This document shows positions 1-7,335 of a stretch of 32,000 nucleotides of DNA, piece by piece. A program made the position numbers and the translations under genes. Within the stretch, counting starts at the first letter, position 1. The number at the start of each line of letters is the position of its first letter. Origin of the DNA: Spirochaetales bacterium (GTDB lineage Bacteria > Spirochaetota > Spirochaetia > SZUA-6 > RPPD01); the NCBI GenBank assembly GCA_016934415.1, contig JAFGSW010000088.1, positions 805 to 32,804 on the forward strand, in the 5' to 3' direction. A model generated the notes under the pieces. It saw only the letters and a program-made list of their open reading frames with translations. It had not been told where the DNA came from and did not search any database.

Positions 1-474
1 ACGGTCAACGTCGACGGCACCCGCCCCCAGCGTCTCACCACCTCGTCGGCGGGAAATTATCACCCGGTATGGTCGCCGGACGGCAAGCTCATCGCCTTCG
101 AGAGCTACCGGACCAGCAATTACGACATCTGGGTCATGGACACGGCGGGCGGGCGGCTCAAACAACTCACCAAGGACAGGGCCGCCGACCAAAATCCCGC
201 TTGGTCGCCGGACGGCAAGAAAATCGTCTTCACGAGCGCTCGCGACGGCAACTACGAGATCTACGTCATGAACGCCGACGGCACCTCCCAGAAGCGGCTC
301 ACGAACAATACGGCCACCGACCGGCAGCCGACCTGGTCCCGCGACGGGAAAAAGATTTTCTACTCGACCAATATTGACGGCAATTTCGAGATTTATTCGA
401 TGAACGCCGACGGTTCCGAACAGACGAGACTGACCGACGACGGCGCCGCCGACGGGTCGCCGTCCGTAAAATAG
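1..474 (+). CDS. PD40/TolB-like beta-propeller repeat protein (C-terminal part; 5' end lies outside the window)
   Basis: Frame 1 is open from base 1 to TAG 472-474. The translation shows tandem ~44-aa PD40 repeats (YHPVWSPDGKLIAFES, QNPAWSPDGKKIVFTS, RQPTWSRDGKKIFYST, each followed by GN.EIY.MNADG...RLT). A hairpin plus T-run follows. Confidence 0.8.
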   Translation, partial: TVNVDGTRPQRLTTSSAGNYHPVWSPDGKLIAFESYRTSNYDIWVMDTAGGRLKQLTKDRAADQNPAWSPDGKKIVFTSARDGNYEIYVMNADGTSQKRLTNNTATDRQPTWSRDGKKIFYSTNIDGNFEIYSMNADGSEQTRLTDDGAADGSPSVK

Positions 475-492
475 GATTGCTTTCGCGGAAAA

Positions 493-528
493 TCCCGCCC
501 GTCCCGGTTTTTTCGGGGCGGGTTTTTT
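493..528 (+). terminator. Rho-independent terminator after the PD40 gene
   Basis: Stem cccgccc (494-500) pairs with gggcggg (516-522), followed by TTTTTT (523-528). Confidence 0.6.
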
Positions 529-569
529 AGAGAAGACGAGGTCGGCGAGGGAGACGATCCAGGCGGTAT

Positions 570-986
570 TTATCGTTTCTCGACCTCTTCCTCCAGGAAG
601 AAGCGAAGGATGGTATTGCCGATGAGGATGCGGTCGCCGTAACGGAGGGCGGACTTCTCCTTCAGCTTCTCCGAGTTGAGCCAGGTGGCGTTGGTCGAGG
701 ACAGGTCCTCGATATGAAAATTGCCCTTGTCGTCGACCGTGATCCGGCAGTGCTGGCGGCTCAGGAGTTCATCCTCGAGGCTGATGTCGCAATCGCCGCG
801 GCGCCCGATGATCATGTCCGACTTTCTGACGACGAACGACGAGCCGAAACCATCGCGGGAGACGACGACGAGAACGCCGCGCCGCCTGAGCACGCCGGTG
901 GAGGAGACCTTGCGGCGGTCACCGCTTAGGATCGTGTCCGCTTCATGTTTGTCCCAATGTTTGGCATCGTCGCCGGAACCTGTCAT
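570..986 (-). CDS. FHA domain-containing protein
   Basis: 138-aa ORF. FHA core pattern: IIGRRGDCDISLEDELLSRQHCRI...FHIEDLSSTNATWLN...L..GDRILIGNTILRF. AAGGAGG lies 8 nt upstream of the ATG at 986. Confidence 0.8.
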   Translation of the reverse strand: MTGSGDDAKHWDKHEADTILSGDRRKVSSTGVLRRRGVLVVVSRDGFGSSFVVRKSDMIIGRRGDCDISLEDELLSRQHCRITVDDKGNFHIEDLSSTNATWLNSEKLKEKSALRYGDRILIGNTILRFFLEEEVEKR

Positions 987-1091
987 ATCGCCGTCCTCCT
1001 TATAAGTCGTTCATTCTACCACAGGAGACGGAATCGCGTCATCCGGAGCCGCCTTCGCCCGCATATTATTTCAGCATGCTTTCATCATGGA

Positions 1092-1120
1092 TTGACCGGG
1101 AGTAAAATAGAAAATATTAT
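1092..1120 (+). promoter_or_regulatory. Sigma70-type promoter for the DJ-1/PfpI gene
   Basis: TTGACC (1092-1097), 17-nt spacer, TATTAT (1115-1120). About 20 nt upstream of GGGAGG and the ATG at 1140. Confidence 0.5.
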
Positions 1121-1139
1121 ATGTTCGGGAGGCAAAAAA

Positions 1140-1682
1140 ATGGCCTACTGTACGTTTTTGGGAGATGGATTCGAGGACATCGAGGCTCTCTCTTTCATCG
1201 ACCTCCTGCGCCGCGCCAAAGTGAGCGTCGATATTTACGGCGTGGACAAGGAGTTCATCGTGAGCCGAAGCAAGGTCGTCTACAAGACCGAAAAGACGTT
1301 TCGGAGCGAGGGCGACGTGGCGTTCGAGTCCTATGACGGGATCCTTCTTCCCGGCGGTCCCGGCGTGGACGATCTCGTGAACAACAAGGCGCTCCTCGCC
1401 GTCATCAGGAAATTTTTCGGAACGGGCAAGCTGGTCTTCGCCATCTGCGCCGCGCCCCGACTGCTCGATGCGGCCGGGGTCCTGGACGGCAGGCGCTACA
1501 CCTGCTACCCCGGCACACCGATAAAATCCGGTACGCACGTGGACGAGTCCGTCGTGGTCGACGGCAATGTCGTCACCTCCCAGGGGGTGGGGACCGCCCT
1601 GGCCGCGGCGATCAAGCTTGTGGAGATCATCGTCTCAAAGGAAGAAGCGGCCAAACAGGCGGAGAAGGTAGTCTTTGGATGA
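1140..1682 (+). CDS. DJ-1/PfpI (ThiJ) family protein
   Basis: The track ORF 945-1682 is trimmed to the ATG at 1140, which has GGGAGG 8 nt upstream. The 180-aa product has the family layout: D.LLLPGG.G, the nucleophile-elbow motif AICAAP, and TSQG.GTA near the C-terminus. Confidence 0.85.
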   Translation: MAYCTFLGDGFEDIEALSFIDLLRRAKVSVDIYGVDKEFIVSRSKVVYKTEKTFRSEGDVAFESYDGILLPGGPGVDDLVNNKALLAVIRKFFGTGKLVFAICAAPRLLDAAGVLDGRRYTCYPGTPIKSGTHVDESVVVDGNVVTSQGVGTALAAAIKLVEIIVSKEEAAKQAEKVVFG

Positions 1683-1893
1683 GCCTTTTATGGAGCTGGA
1701 GCCGATGGAACGGAGCCGCTTGTCCGTACTGATAAAGGAGAAAAGCGCTTGTTCCGGCATCATCATTACTGACCATGCCTATCACGATGTGCTGGCTATT
1801 GCCACAAGGATATCGATATTAAAAGACGGCCGTTTGAACCACGCAGCGAATGTCCGCAAGGAACTCATGAACCAAGGTTATCTGCCGCGTTGA
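1675..1893 (+). pseudogene. 3' fragment of an ABC-transporter ATP-binding gene (LptB-like); Walker A, Q-loop and signature motif absent
   Basis: The 72-codon ORF opens with a TTG read as Leu in LDEPF (the Walker B motif). It continues with GIIITDH (H-loop) and ISILKDGRL, which is only the last third of an ABC ATPase. It abuts the DJ-1 stop codon and looks lower in GC than its flanks. Confidence 0.55.
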
Positions 1894-1908
1894 CCATTAT
1901 CCATCAGA

Positions 1909-2379
1909 TCACGCTTTCTTCTTGCCGGTGATTCCGTCCGCCGTCAGCTTCAGCACCGTCGTCTTCGCCATGATATCTTCTTCGAACTGAAATCCCGTGC
2001 GTCCGGCATAATGCGTCATCAGGAGCTGCAGGCCCCGTTCCCGCTCCGACGGGTCCTTCACGATAGCGAATGTCCCCGTACCCACCACGCTTTTATACTT
2101 CATCCCCCAGCTGCAGCCGTTGCCGGCCGGCACGAGCTCGTGATCGACGTCGACGCTGAAGCAGGCGCGCGGGTTCCGGCGAATGACGTCAAGCTTCCGT
2201 CCCTCGTTTGCGCAATGAAAAAAGAGGACGGGAAGTTCCGACTCCCAGTCGAAACCGTAGTTGAGCGTCACAAGGTACGGGTCCGCGCCGTCCACCAGGG
2301 CGATGTGACAGGCGTCGGCCCGCTGGAAAACTTCACGTAACTCGTTTTTATCCTTGATTTCACGATCCGCCCTGCGCAT
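1909..2379 (-). CDS. Pyridoxamine 5'-phosphate oxidase-family (FMN-binding split-barrel) protein
   Basis: 156-aa ORF. The N-terminus MRRADREI.D..E....L......CHIAL.DG..PY.V.LNYG is typical of the Pyridox_ox_2 family. AGGA lies 6 nt upstream of the ATG. Confidence 0.7.
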   Translation of the reverse strand: MRRADREIKDKNELREVFQRADACHIALVDGADPYLVTLNYGFDWESELPVLFFHCANEGRKLDVIRRNPRACFSVDVDHELVPAGNGCSWGMKYKSVVGTGTFAIVKDPSERERGLQLLMTHYAGRTGFQFEEDIMAKTTVLKLTADGITGKKKA

Positions 2380-2433
2380 TTTTTTCCTGGTTTCCTTATC
2401 GAACCTTCCTTTCCTTCTTCAACTGGAATTACG

Positions 2434-3336
2434 TTAGATCAGAGCCGTGCTGAAATAACGCTCGGCCCGGTCGGGGAGGATGGTGGCGATATTTACGCCC
2501 GGCCCTTGTTTCTCCGCCGCCCGGATCGAGGCCCAGACGTTCGCGCCGGCGGAGGTCCCCACCAGGAGGCCCTGGCTGCGCGCGAGCAGGCGGGCGGTCT
2601 CGATCGCGTCGTCGTCCGTCACTTCGATCACCTCGTCGATGAGTGCGGGGTCGAGGACCGAGGGGACGAACCCGTCGCCGATGCCCTGGATTTTGTGGAG
2701 GCCGGGCTCGTGGCCGAGGAGGGCGGAGACGTTTTTCGGTTCGACCGCGATCACGATCATCCGGGGATTTTTCTCCTTGAGATATTTCCCGACCCCGGCG
2801 AGCGTCCCGCCGCTCCCCAGGCCGGAGACGAACACATCGACCCGGCCGTCCAGGTCGTCCCAGATCTCCGGGGCGGTGGTCCGGTAGTGGATTTCCGGAT
2901 TGTCCGGATTCTCGAACTGGTGTGGGACGAACACGAGCGGATCGACGCGCTGCATCTCTTCCACCTTTTTCAGGCACCCCTCAATGCTTTCCTCGGCCGG
3001 GGTGGTGACGAGCTCGGCGCCCAGGGCGGCTATAATCTTCTTCCGCTCCTCGCTCATGTTGTCCGGCATGACGATCCGTACGCGGTAACCTTTCTGCACG
3101 CCGGTCAGGGCGAGGCCGATGCCGGTGTTGCCCGAGGTGGGCTCGACGATGATCATGCCGGGCCTGAGCCGTCCCGCGCGCTCCGCCTCCTCGATCATGA
3201 AGCTGGCGATGCGGTCCTTGATGCTCCCGCCGGGATTCAGGAATTCGAGTTTGGCGAAAACGGCGGCGCCGGTCGCCTTTTTTAGCGAAAGGAGCGCGGT
3301 GTGGCCGATGCAGTCGAGGATGGACTGAATGAGCAT
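2434..3336 (-). CDS. cysK: Cysteine synthase / O-acetylserine sulfhydrylase family (PLP-dependent)
   Basis: Motifs LEFLNPGGSIKDRIA (PLP-lysine motif), EPTSGNTGIGLA and SGLGSGGTLAGVG. Start placed at the ATG at 3336 (MLIQSILD...), preceded by AGGAGA. The longer track ORF (to 3426) adds a non-homologous N-terminus. Confidence 0.85.
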   Translation of the reverse strand: MLIQSILDCIGHTALLSLKKATGAAVFAKLEFLNPGGSIKDRIASFMIEEAERAGRLRPGMIIVEPTSGNTGIGLALTGVQKGYRVRIVMPDNMSEERKKIIAALGAELVTTPAEESIEGCLKKVEEMQRVDPLVFVPHQFENPDNPEIHYRTTAPEIWDDLDGRVDVFVSGLGSGGTLAGVGKYLKEKNPRMIVIAVEPKNVSALLGHEPGLHKIQGIGDGFVPSVLDPALIDEVIEVTDDDAIETARLLARSQGLLVGTSAGANVWASIRAAEKQGPGVNIATILPDRAERYFSTALI

Positions 3337-3404
3337 GAGCGGGTCTCCTGACGGATTGAATGCGCATTGCCCGTCGCGGCGGACGGCGGTTGCGGATTGC
3401 CGAA

Positions 3405-3433
3405 ACTGTAACGCAGGAGGGAGCATTTGTCAA
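3405..3433 (-). promoter_or_regulatory. Sigma70-type promoter for cysK
   Basis: Minus strand: TTGACA (3428-3433), 17-nt spacer, TACAGT (3405-3410). It sits immediately downstream of the gcvPB-fusion stop codon. Confidence 0.45.
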
Positions 3434-3434
3434 T

Positions 3435-5588
3435 TTAGTGCATCGTCAATCTCACACCGAACTCCGATTCGAAAGCGCGTGAGATCCCCTCCACGAGCGT
3501 GTCGATGCCGATTTCGCCTTTGAGAGCATACAGCCCGGTCATCTTTTCCCGGAGCTCTTCCGCCGTGCATGCGGACGGACCCCTGAGGCAGGCGGCTTGC
3601 CGGTCGTAGTCGACCGCGAGCAGGAGTGAACCGTGCTGCAACACCACGCCACGCCGCCGCACCTGGGCGCTGCCTATGATTTTGCGCCCGTCGACCGTGA
3701 TCTCGTAGGCGGAGACCGAGGCAAAGCAGCTCCCCGATCGGTCCGGCCGGCCGGCTGGACCTTTGAGTTCACCTCGCACACCCCACTCAGCCAGGGCCGC
3801 GAGAAAGACCGACGCGATTTTCCGGTAGGACGGCACAATGCCTGATGGGAGGAAATTTCCAGGCAAGACAATCGCGTAAGTGAGCTCGTGCTCATGAAGC
3901 ACCGCTCGGCCGCCCGTGGGCCGGCGCACAAAATCGATGCCTTTTCGTTTTAAAAACTCAAGGTCGATGTCGCGTGCGGGGTCTTGAAAATAACCTATGC
4001 TCACGCAGGGCGGAGACCAGCGGTAGAAGCGCACGACCGGCCGTCCTTCGGCAAGGAGCGCCTCGTCGCGAGCCATATTTTCGGCGCCGGTGAGGGCGCC
4101 GTCGACGATCAGCTTTATCTCGGTGGTTCCCTTTTCTCCTGTTGCCGCTGTGGCAACTGCATTGAAATCGTAACCAAGGTCGGGCTTGCGCGCGGCGCGG
4201 ACCTCGTCGAGACGCCGGACGGGCGTTGAATGCGGCGCTGTTTTCACGAGCTCCGGATCCGACTCGGCCTCGCGCCGCACCGCGATGAGGGCGTCGGCGA
4301 ACTCGTCGAGAGTCTCCCGGGTCTCAGTTTCCGTGGGCTCGATCATGAGGGCGCCGTGGACGATGAGGGGGAAAGCGACCGTCGGCGGGTGAAAGCCGTA
4401 GTCGAGGAGGCGCTTGGCCACGTCGATCATGGTCACGCCGTGGGGAAGGCCTGAGTCATCGAGTACGAACTCGTGCTTCGAAGGCGAAGGATACGCGACG
4501 TGATAATGGCCCTCGAGGCGCTTGCGCAGGTAGCAGGCGTTGAGCACCGCCTGGGTGGTCGCTTCCTCGAGCCCCTCGCTCCCGAGCGCCGTAATATACG
4601 CGAAGGCGCGTACAAGCACGCCGAAATTTCCGTGGAAGGTCCTGATCCGGCCGATGGACTTTTCCGGAGAAATGAAAGCGTAACCATTACGATTCATCCC
4701 GACGACCGGGGAGGGCAGGTAGGGGGCGAGACTGTCCGTGACGGCCAGGGCGCCGGCGCCCGGACCGCCGCCCCCGTGAGGGGTGGAAAATGTTTTATGC
4801 AGGTTCAAGTGCACCAGGTCGAACCCCATGGACGAGAACAATGCCTTGCCGAGGAGGGCATTGGCATTGGCGCCGTCGCCGTATACGAGTCCGCCCGCTT
4901 CGTGCACCAGGCCGCCGGCGGCCACCACGTCTTTTTCGAAGATGCCGAGCGTATTGGGATTGGTCAGCATGAGGCAGGCGACGCGGGGAGAAAGACGGCG
5001 CTTCAATTCCTCCGGATCCAGACGGCCGTCGGGGCCGCTTGGGATCGTCGTCACCGTATAGCCGCACATGGCCGCCGATGCGGGATTCGTACCATGGCTC
5101 GAATCGGGCGTCAACACAACGTCCCGTTCCTCGCCTTTCTCCCGGAAATATTTCTTGGCGATCATGAGCCCCGTGAGCTCGCCGTGGGCTCCGGCGGCCG
5201 GCGCCAGGCTTACAGCCGGAAGCCCGGTGACAAGGGAAAGAACCCGTTGCAGCTCGTAGAGTAACTGCAGATTGCCCTGTACGACCGAGGCGGGCAGGAG
5301 GGGATGGCTGTTTCGGAACGCATCCAGCCGGGCGAGAACCTCGTTGAGGCGGGGGTTGTACTTCATCGTGCAGCTGCCCAAAGGATAAAAGGCATTGTCG
5401 ACGCCCAGGTTGCGGCGCGAGAGGGCGGTGTAGTGGCGGATCGCCTCGCTCTCGCTTATCTCGGGAAGGTCGAGTGATGAACGCAGGAGGCCCGCGGGAA
5501 GCGGCGGCGCCTCCGGGACGTCGGGCTCGGGCGGAAGAACGCCGGTCCGGCCCGGCCTCGATTTTTCGAAAATGAGCTTCATTCGCAT
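3435..5588 (-). CDS. gcvPB: Glycine dehydrogenase (decarboxylating) subunit 2 (GcvPB) fused to a C-terminal lipoate/octanoyl-protein ligase-type (BPL_LplA_LipB) domain
   Basis: A single 717-codon ORF. Residues 1-~475 are GcvPB-like: MKLIFEKS.PGR, GSCTMKYNP, the PLP-lysine motif HLNLHKTFSTPHGGGGPG, and PHS.PVRRLDEV.AAR.P. Residues ~491-717 are LplA/LipM/LipL-like: RFYRW.PPCVSIGYFQ, RRPTGGRAVLHEHELTY, SCF...S.YEI.VDGRKIIGSAQVRR and VLQHGSLLL. The start may instead be the ATG at 5582, which makes an ATGA overlap with the gcvPA stop. Confidence 0.85.
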   Translation of the reverse strand: MRMKLIFEKSRPGRTGVLPPEPDVPEAPPLPAGLLRSSLDLPEISESEAIRHYTALSRRNLGVDNAFYPLGSCTMKYNPRLNEVLARLDAFRNSHPLLPASVVQGNLQLLYELQRVLSLVTGLPAVSLAPAAGAHGELTGLMIAKKYFREKGEERDVVLTPDSSHGTNPASAAMCGYTVTTIPSGPDGRLDPEELKRRLSPRVACLMLTNPNTLGIFEKDVVAAGGLVHEAGGLVYGDGANANALLGKALFSSMGFDLVHLNLHKTFSTPHGGGGPGAGALAVTDSLAPYLPSPVVGMNRNGYAFISPEKSIGRIRTFHGNFGVLVRAFAYITALGSEGLEEATTQAVLNACYLRKRLEGHYHVAYPSPSKHEFVLDDSGLPHGVTMIDVAKRLLDYGFHPPTVAFPLIVHGALMIEPTETETRETLDEFADALIAVRREAESDPELVKTAPHSTPVRRLDEVRAARKPDLGYDFNAVATAATGEKGTTEIKLIVDGALTGAENMARDEALLAEGRPVVRFYRWSPPCVSIGYFQDPARDIDLEFLKRKGIDFVRRPTGGRAVLHEHELTYAIVLPGNFLPSGIVPSYRKIASVFLAALAEWGVRGELKGPAGRPDRSGSCFASVSAYEITVDGRKIIGSAQVRRRGVVLQHGSLLLAVDYDRQAACLRGPSACTAEELREKMTGLYALKGEIGIDTLVEGISRAFESEFGVRLTMH

Positions 5589-6901
5589 ATCCCGGCCAGA
5601 GCATCAACGAGAGTATCGATATCCCCTTGTGAATGCGTTTCAGTGACCGCCACCAGGAAATGGTCCTTCAATTCCGGATAATCGGGTTCGAGCGGGAGGC
5701 CGGCCGCAATCCCTCCGTCCTCGAGCTCCCGGAGAAGGCGGGAAGCGTCCGGCGTCCGGATCGCGAACTCATTGAAAAACGGTCGCGTAAAAGCGGCCTG
5801 AAATTTTCGTCCTTTCCCGTGCGGAGCGCCGGGGAGCGCGGAGATTTTTTCGAGGGCGTAATGAGCTTTACGGTAATTGAGCTCCGCCGTCCTGCGCAGG
5901 CCTTCCCTGCCCAGCACGGCCAGATACACGGACGCAGCCAGGGCGCACAGGGAGTGATTTGAGCAGACATTGGATAAGGCCGCCTCACGGCGGATGTGTT
6001 GTTCCCGGGCCTGCAGGGTGAGCACGAATCCCGGTCGCCCTTCCATGTCGACCGTGCGTCCCACAATCCTTCCCGGGAGTCTTCTCACGAGCTCGTTCCG
6101 GCAGGCGATGACGCCCAGCCCCGGCCCGCCGTAGGAAAGGCCCAGGCCGAAGCTTGCGCCCTCGCCGGCGGCTATGTCGGCGCCGGCCTCGCCCGGGCTC
6201 TTAAGAAGCGCGAGAGAAAGGGCCTCGGTGCAAACCGCCACCAGGAACGCGCCGGCGGCGTGCACCGGCACGGCCGCCCGGGAGAGGTCCTCGACGACGC
6301 CGAAATAATTCGGGCTTTGCATGATGACGCCGGCCGAAAGCGGGGAGAGGAGTCCCGCCAGCGCCGTCATGGAGGTCGCGCCGTCCTCGAAAGGAATTTC
6401 CTTGAGAGCAAGACCGCGGGCGGCGGCGTATGTCGAGAGTACCGCACGCAGACGCGGGTCGACCGTCCGGGAGACGAGAATCTCCGCGCCCGGCCGCCCG
6501 TACGAGCACATGAGCATGGCCTCGGCCGCCGCTCCGGCCCCGTCGTAGAGGGAGGCGTTGGCGGCCGGAAGTCCGGTGAGGCTTTCGATCATGCTCTGAT
6601 ATTCCCAGAGCGCCTGCAGCCCGCCCTGGGCGACCTCGGGTTGGTATGGGGTGTAGGAGGTAAAAAATTCGCCGCGGCTCATGACGGCATCAACGGCGGC
6701 GGGAACATAGTGAGGGTAGGCGCCTCCGCCTAGAAACGACAGCCGGGGCGGGCGGTTGCGTCCCGCCAGTACGGCGACACGGCGCATCGTCTCCTGCTCG
6801 CTCAAGCCCGGGTCCGGTGCAGCCGGTTCAAGCGGCCTGAGTTCCGGCCCGATGTCGGAGAAAAGCTCCTCGGGATCGCTCATCTCCAGCACGCGGAGCA
6901 T
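5579..6901 (-). CDS. gcvPA: Glycine dehydrogenase (decarboxylating) subunit 1 (GcvPA); the true start is probably the CTG at 6938-6940
   Basis: 440-aa ORF from the first ATG, with GcvPA features (FLGGG.Y.HY.P, TSYTPYQPE..QG.LQ). The frame stays open upstream and encodes NFCPRSREETADML, which matches the conserved GcvPA N-terminus. See the finding. Confidence 0.85.
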   Translation of the reverse strand: MLRVLEMSDPEELFSDIGPELRPLEPAAPDPGLSEQETMRRVAVLAGRNRPPRLSFLGGGAYPHYVPAAVDAVMSRGEFFTSYTPYQPEVAQGGLQALWEYQSMIESLTGLPAANASLYDGAGAAAEAMLMCSYGRPGAEILVSRTVDPRLRAVLSTYAAARGLALKEIPFEDGATSMTALAGLLSPLSAGVIMQSPNYFGVVEDLSRAAVPVHAAGAFLVAVCTEALSLALLKSPGEAGADIAAGEGASFGLGLSYGGPGLGVIACRNELVRRLPGRIVGRTVDMEGRPGFVLTLQAREQHIRREAALSNVCSNHSLCALAASVYLAVLGREGLRRTAELNYRKAHYALEKISALPGAPHGKGRKFQAAFTRPFFNEFAIRTPDASRLLRELEDGGIAAGLPLEPDYPELKDHFLVAVTETHSQGDIDTLVDALAGICE

Positions 6902-6936
6902 GTCCGCGGTCTCTTCCCGGGAGCGGGGACAGAAAT

Positions 6937-7335
6937 TCAGGCTTTCTCTCCTTGGATCGTTTTTTCGTACCCTTCTTTTGTGAGGAGGCGCTGAAGTTCC
7001 CCTTCGTCGTTTAAGGATATCTTGAAAAGCCAGCCCTCGCCGAAAGGATCGCTGTTCACGAGTTCAGGCGCGTCGGCGAGCCGGGAATTGACTTCCGTGA
7101 TCTCGCCGGAAACGGGAGCGTATATGTCGGACACCGATTTTACCGATTCCACCACGGCCGCCCGATCGCCCGCTTTCACCTTCTTTCCGACCGGGGGAAG
7201 CTCGATGAACACCACGTCGGTGAGTTGACGCTGGGCGTAATCGGTGATGCCGCACACGGCGCTGCCGCCGCTCGCGTTCAGCCATTCGTGCGAGGCCGCG
7301 TAACGGAAGGCAGCCGGATTTTCCTTTGTACTCAT
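6937..7335 (-). CDS. gcvH: Glycine cleavage system H protein
   Basis: 132 aa. Contains the lipoyl-lysine motif VVESVKSVSDIYAPVSGEI, an HEW... N-terminus and DP.GEGWLFK. Lies between gcvT and gcvPA and shares an ATGA overlap with the gcvT stop. Confidence 0.9.
   Translation of the reverse strand: MSTKENPAAFRYAASHEWLNASGGSAVCGITDYAQRQLTDVVFIELPPVGKKVKAGDRAAVVESVKSVSDIYAPVSGEITEVNSRLADAPELVNSDPFGEGWLFKISLNDEGELQRLLTKEGYEKTIQGEKA

Noticed and set aside
945-1139. N-terminal extensions offered by the ORF track: 945-1139 for DJ-1, 18793-18918 for M23, 15575-15880 for RibD_C, 11907-11969 for the esterase, 12710-12766 for HAD, 3337-3426 for cysK, and 29707-29754 and 30810-30842 for the flagellins
   Set aside because: In each case an internal ATG has a well-spaced Shine-Dalgarno sequence and reproduces the canonical family N-terminus. 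The extensions are non-homologous and often overlap neighbouring genes or promoters.
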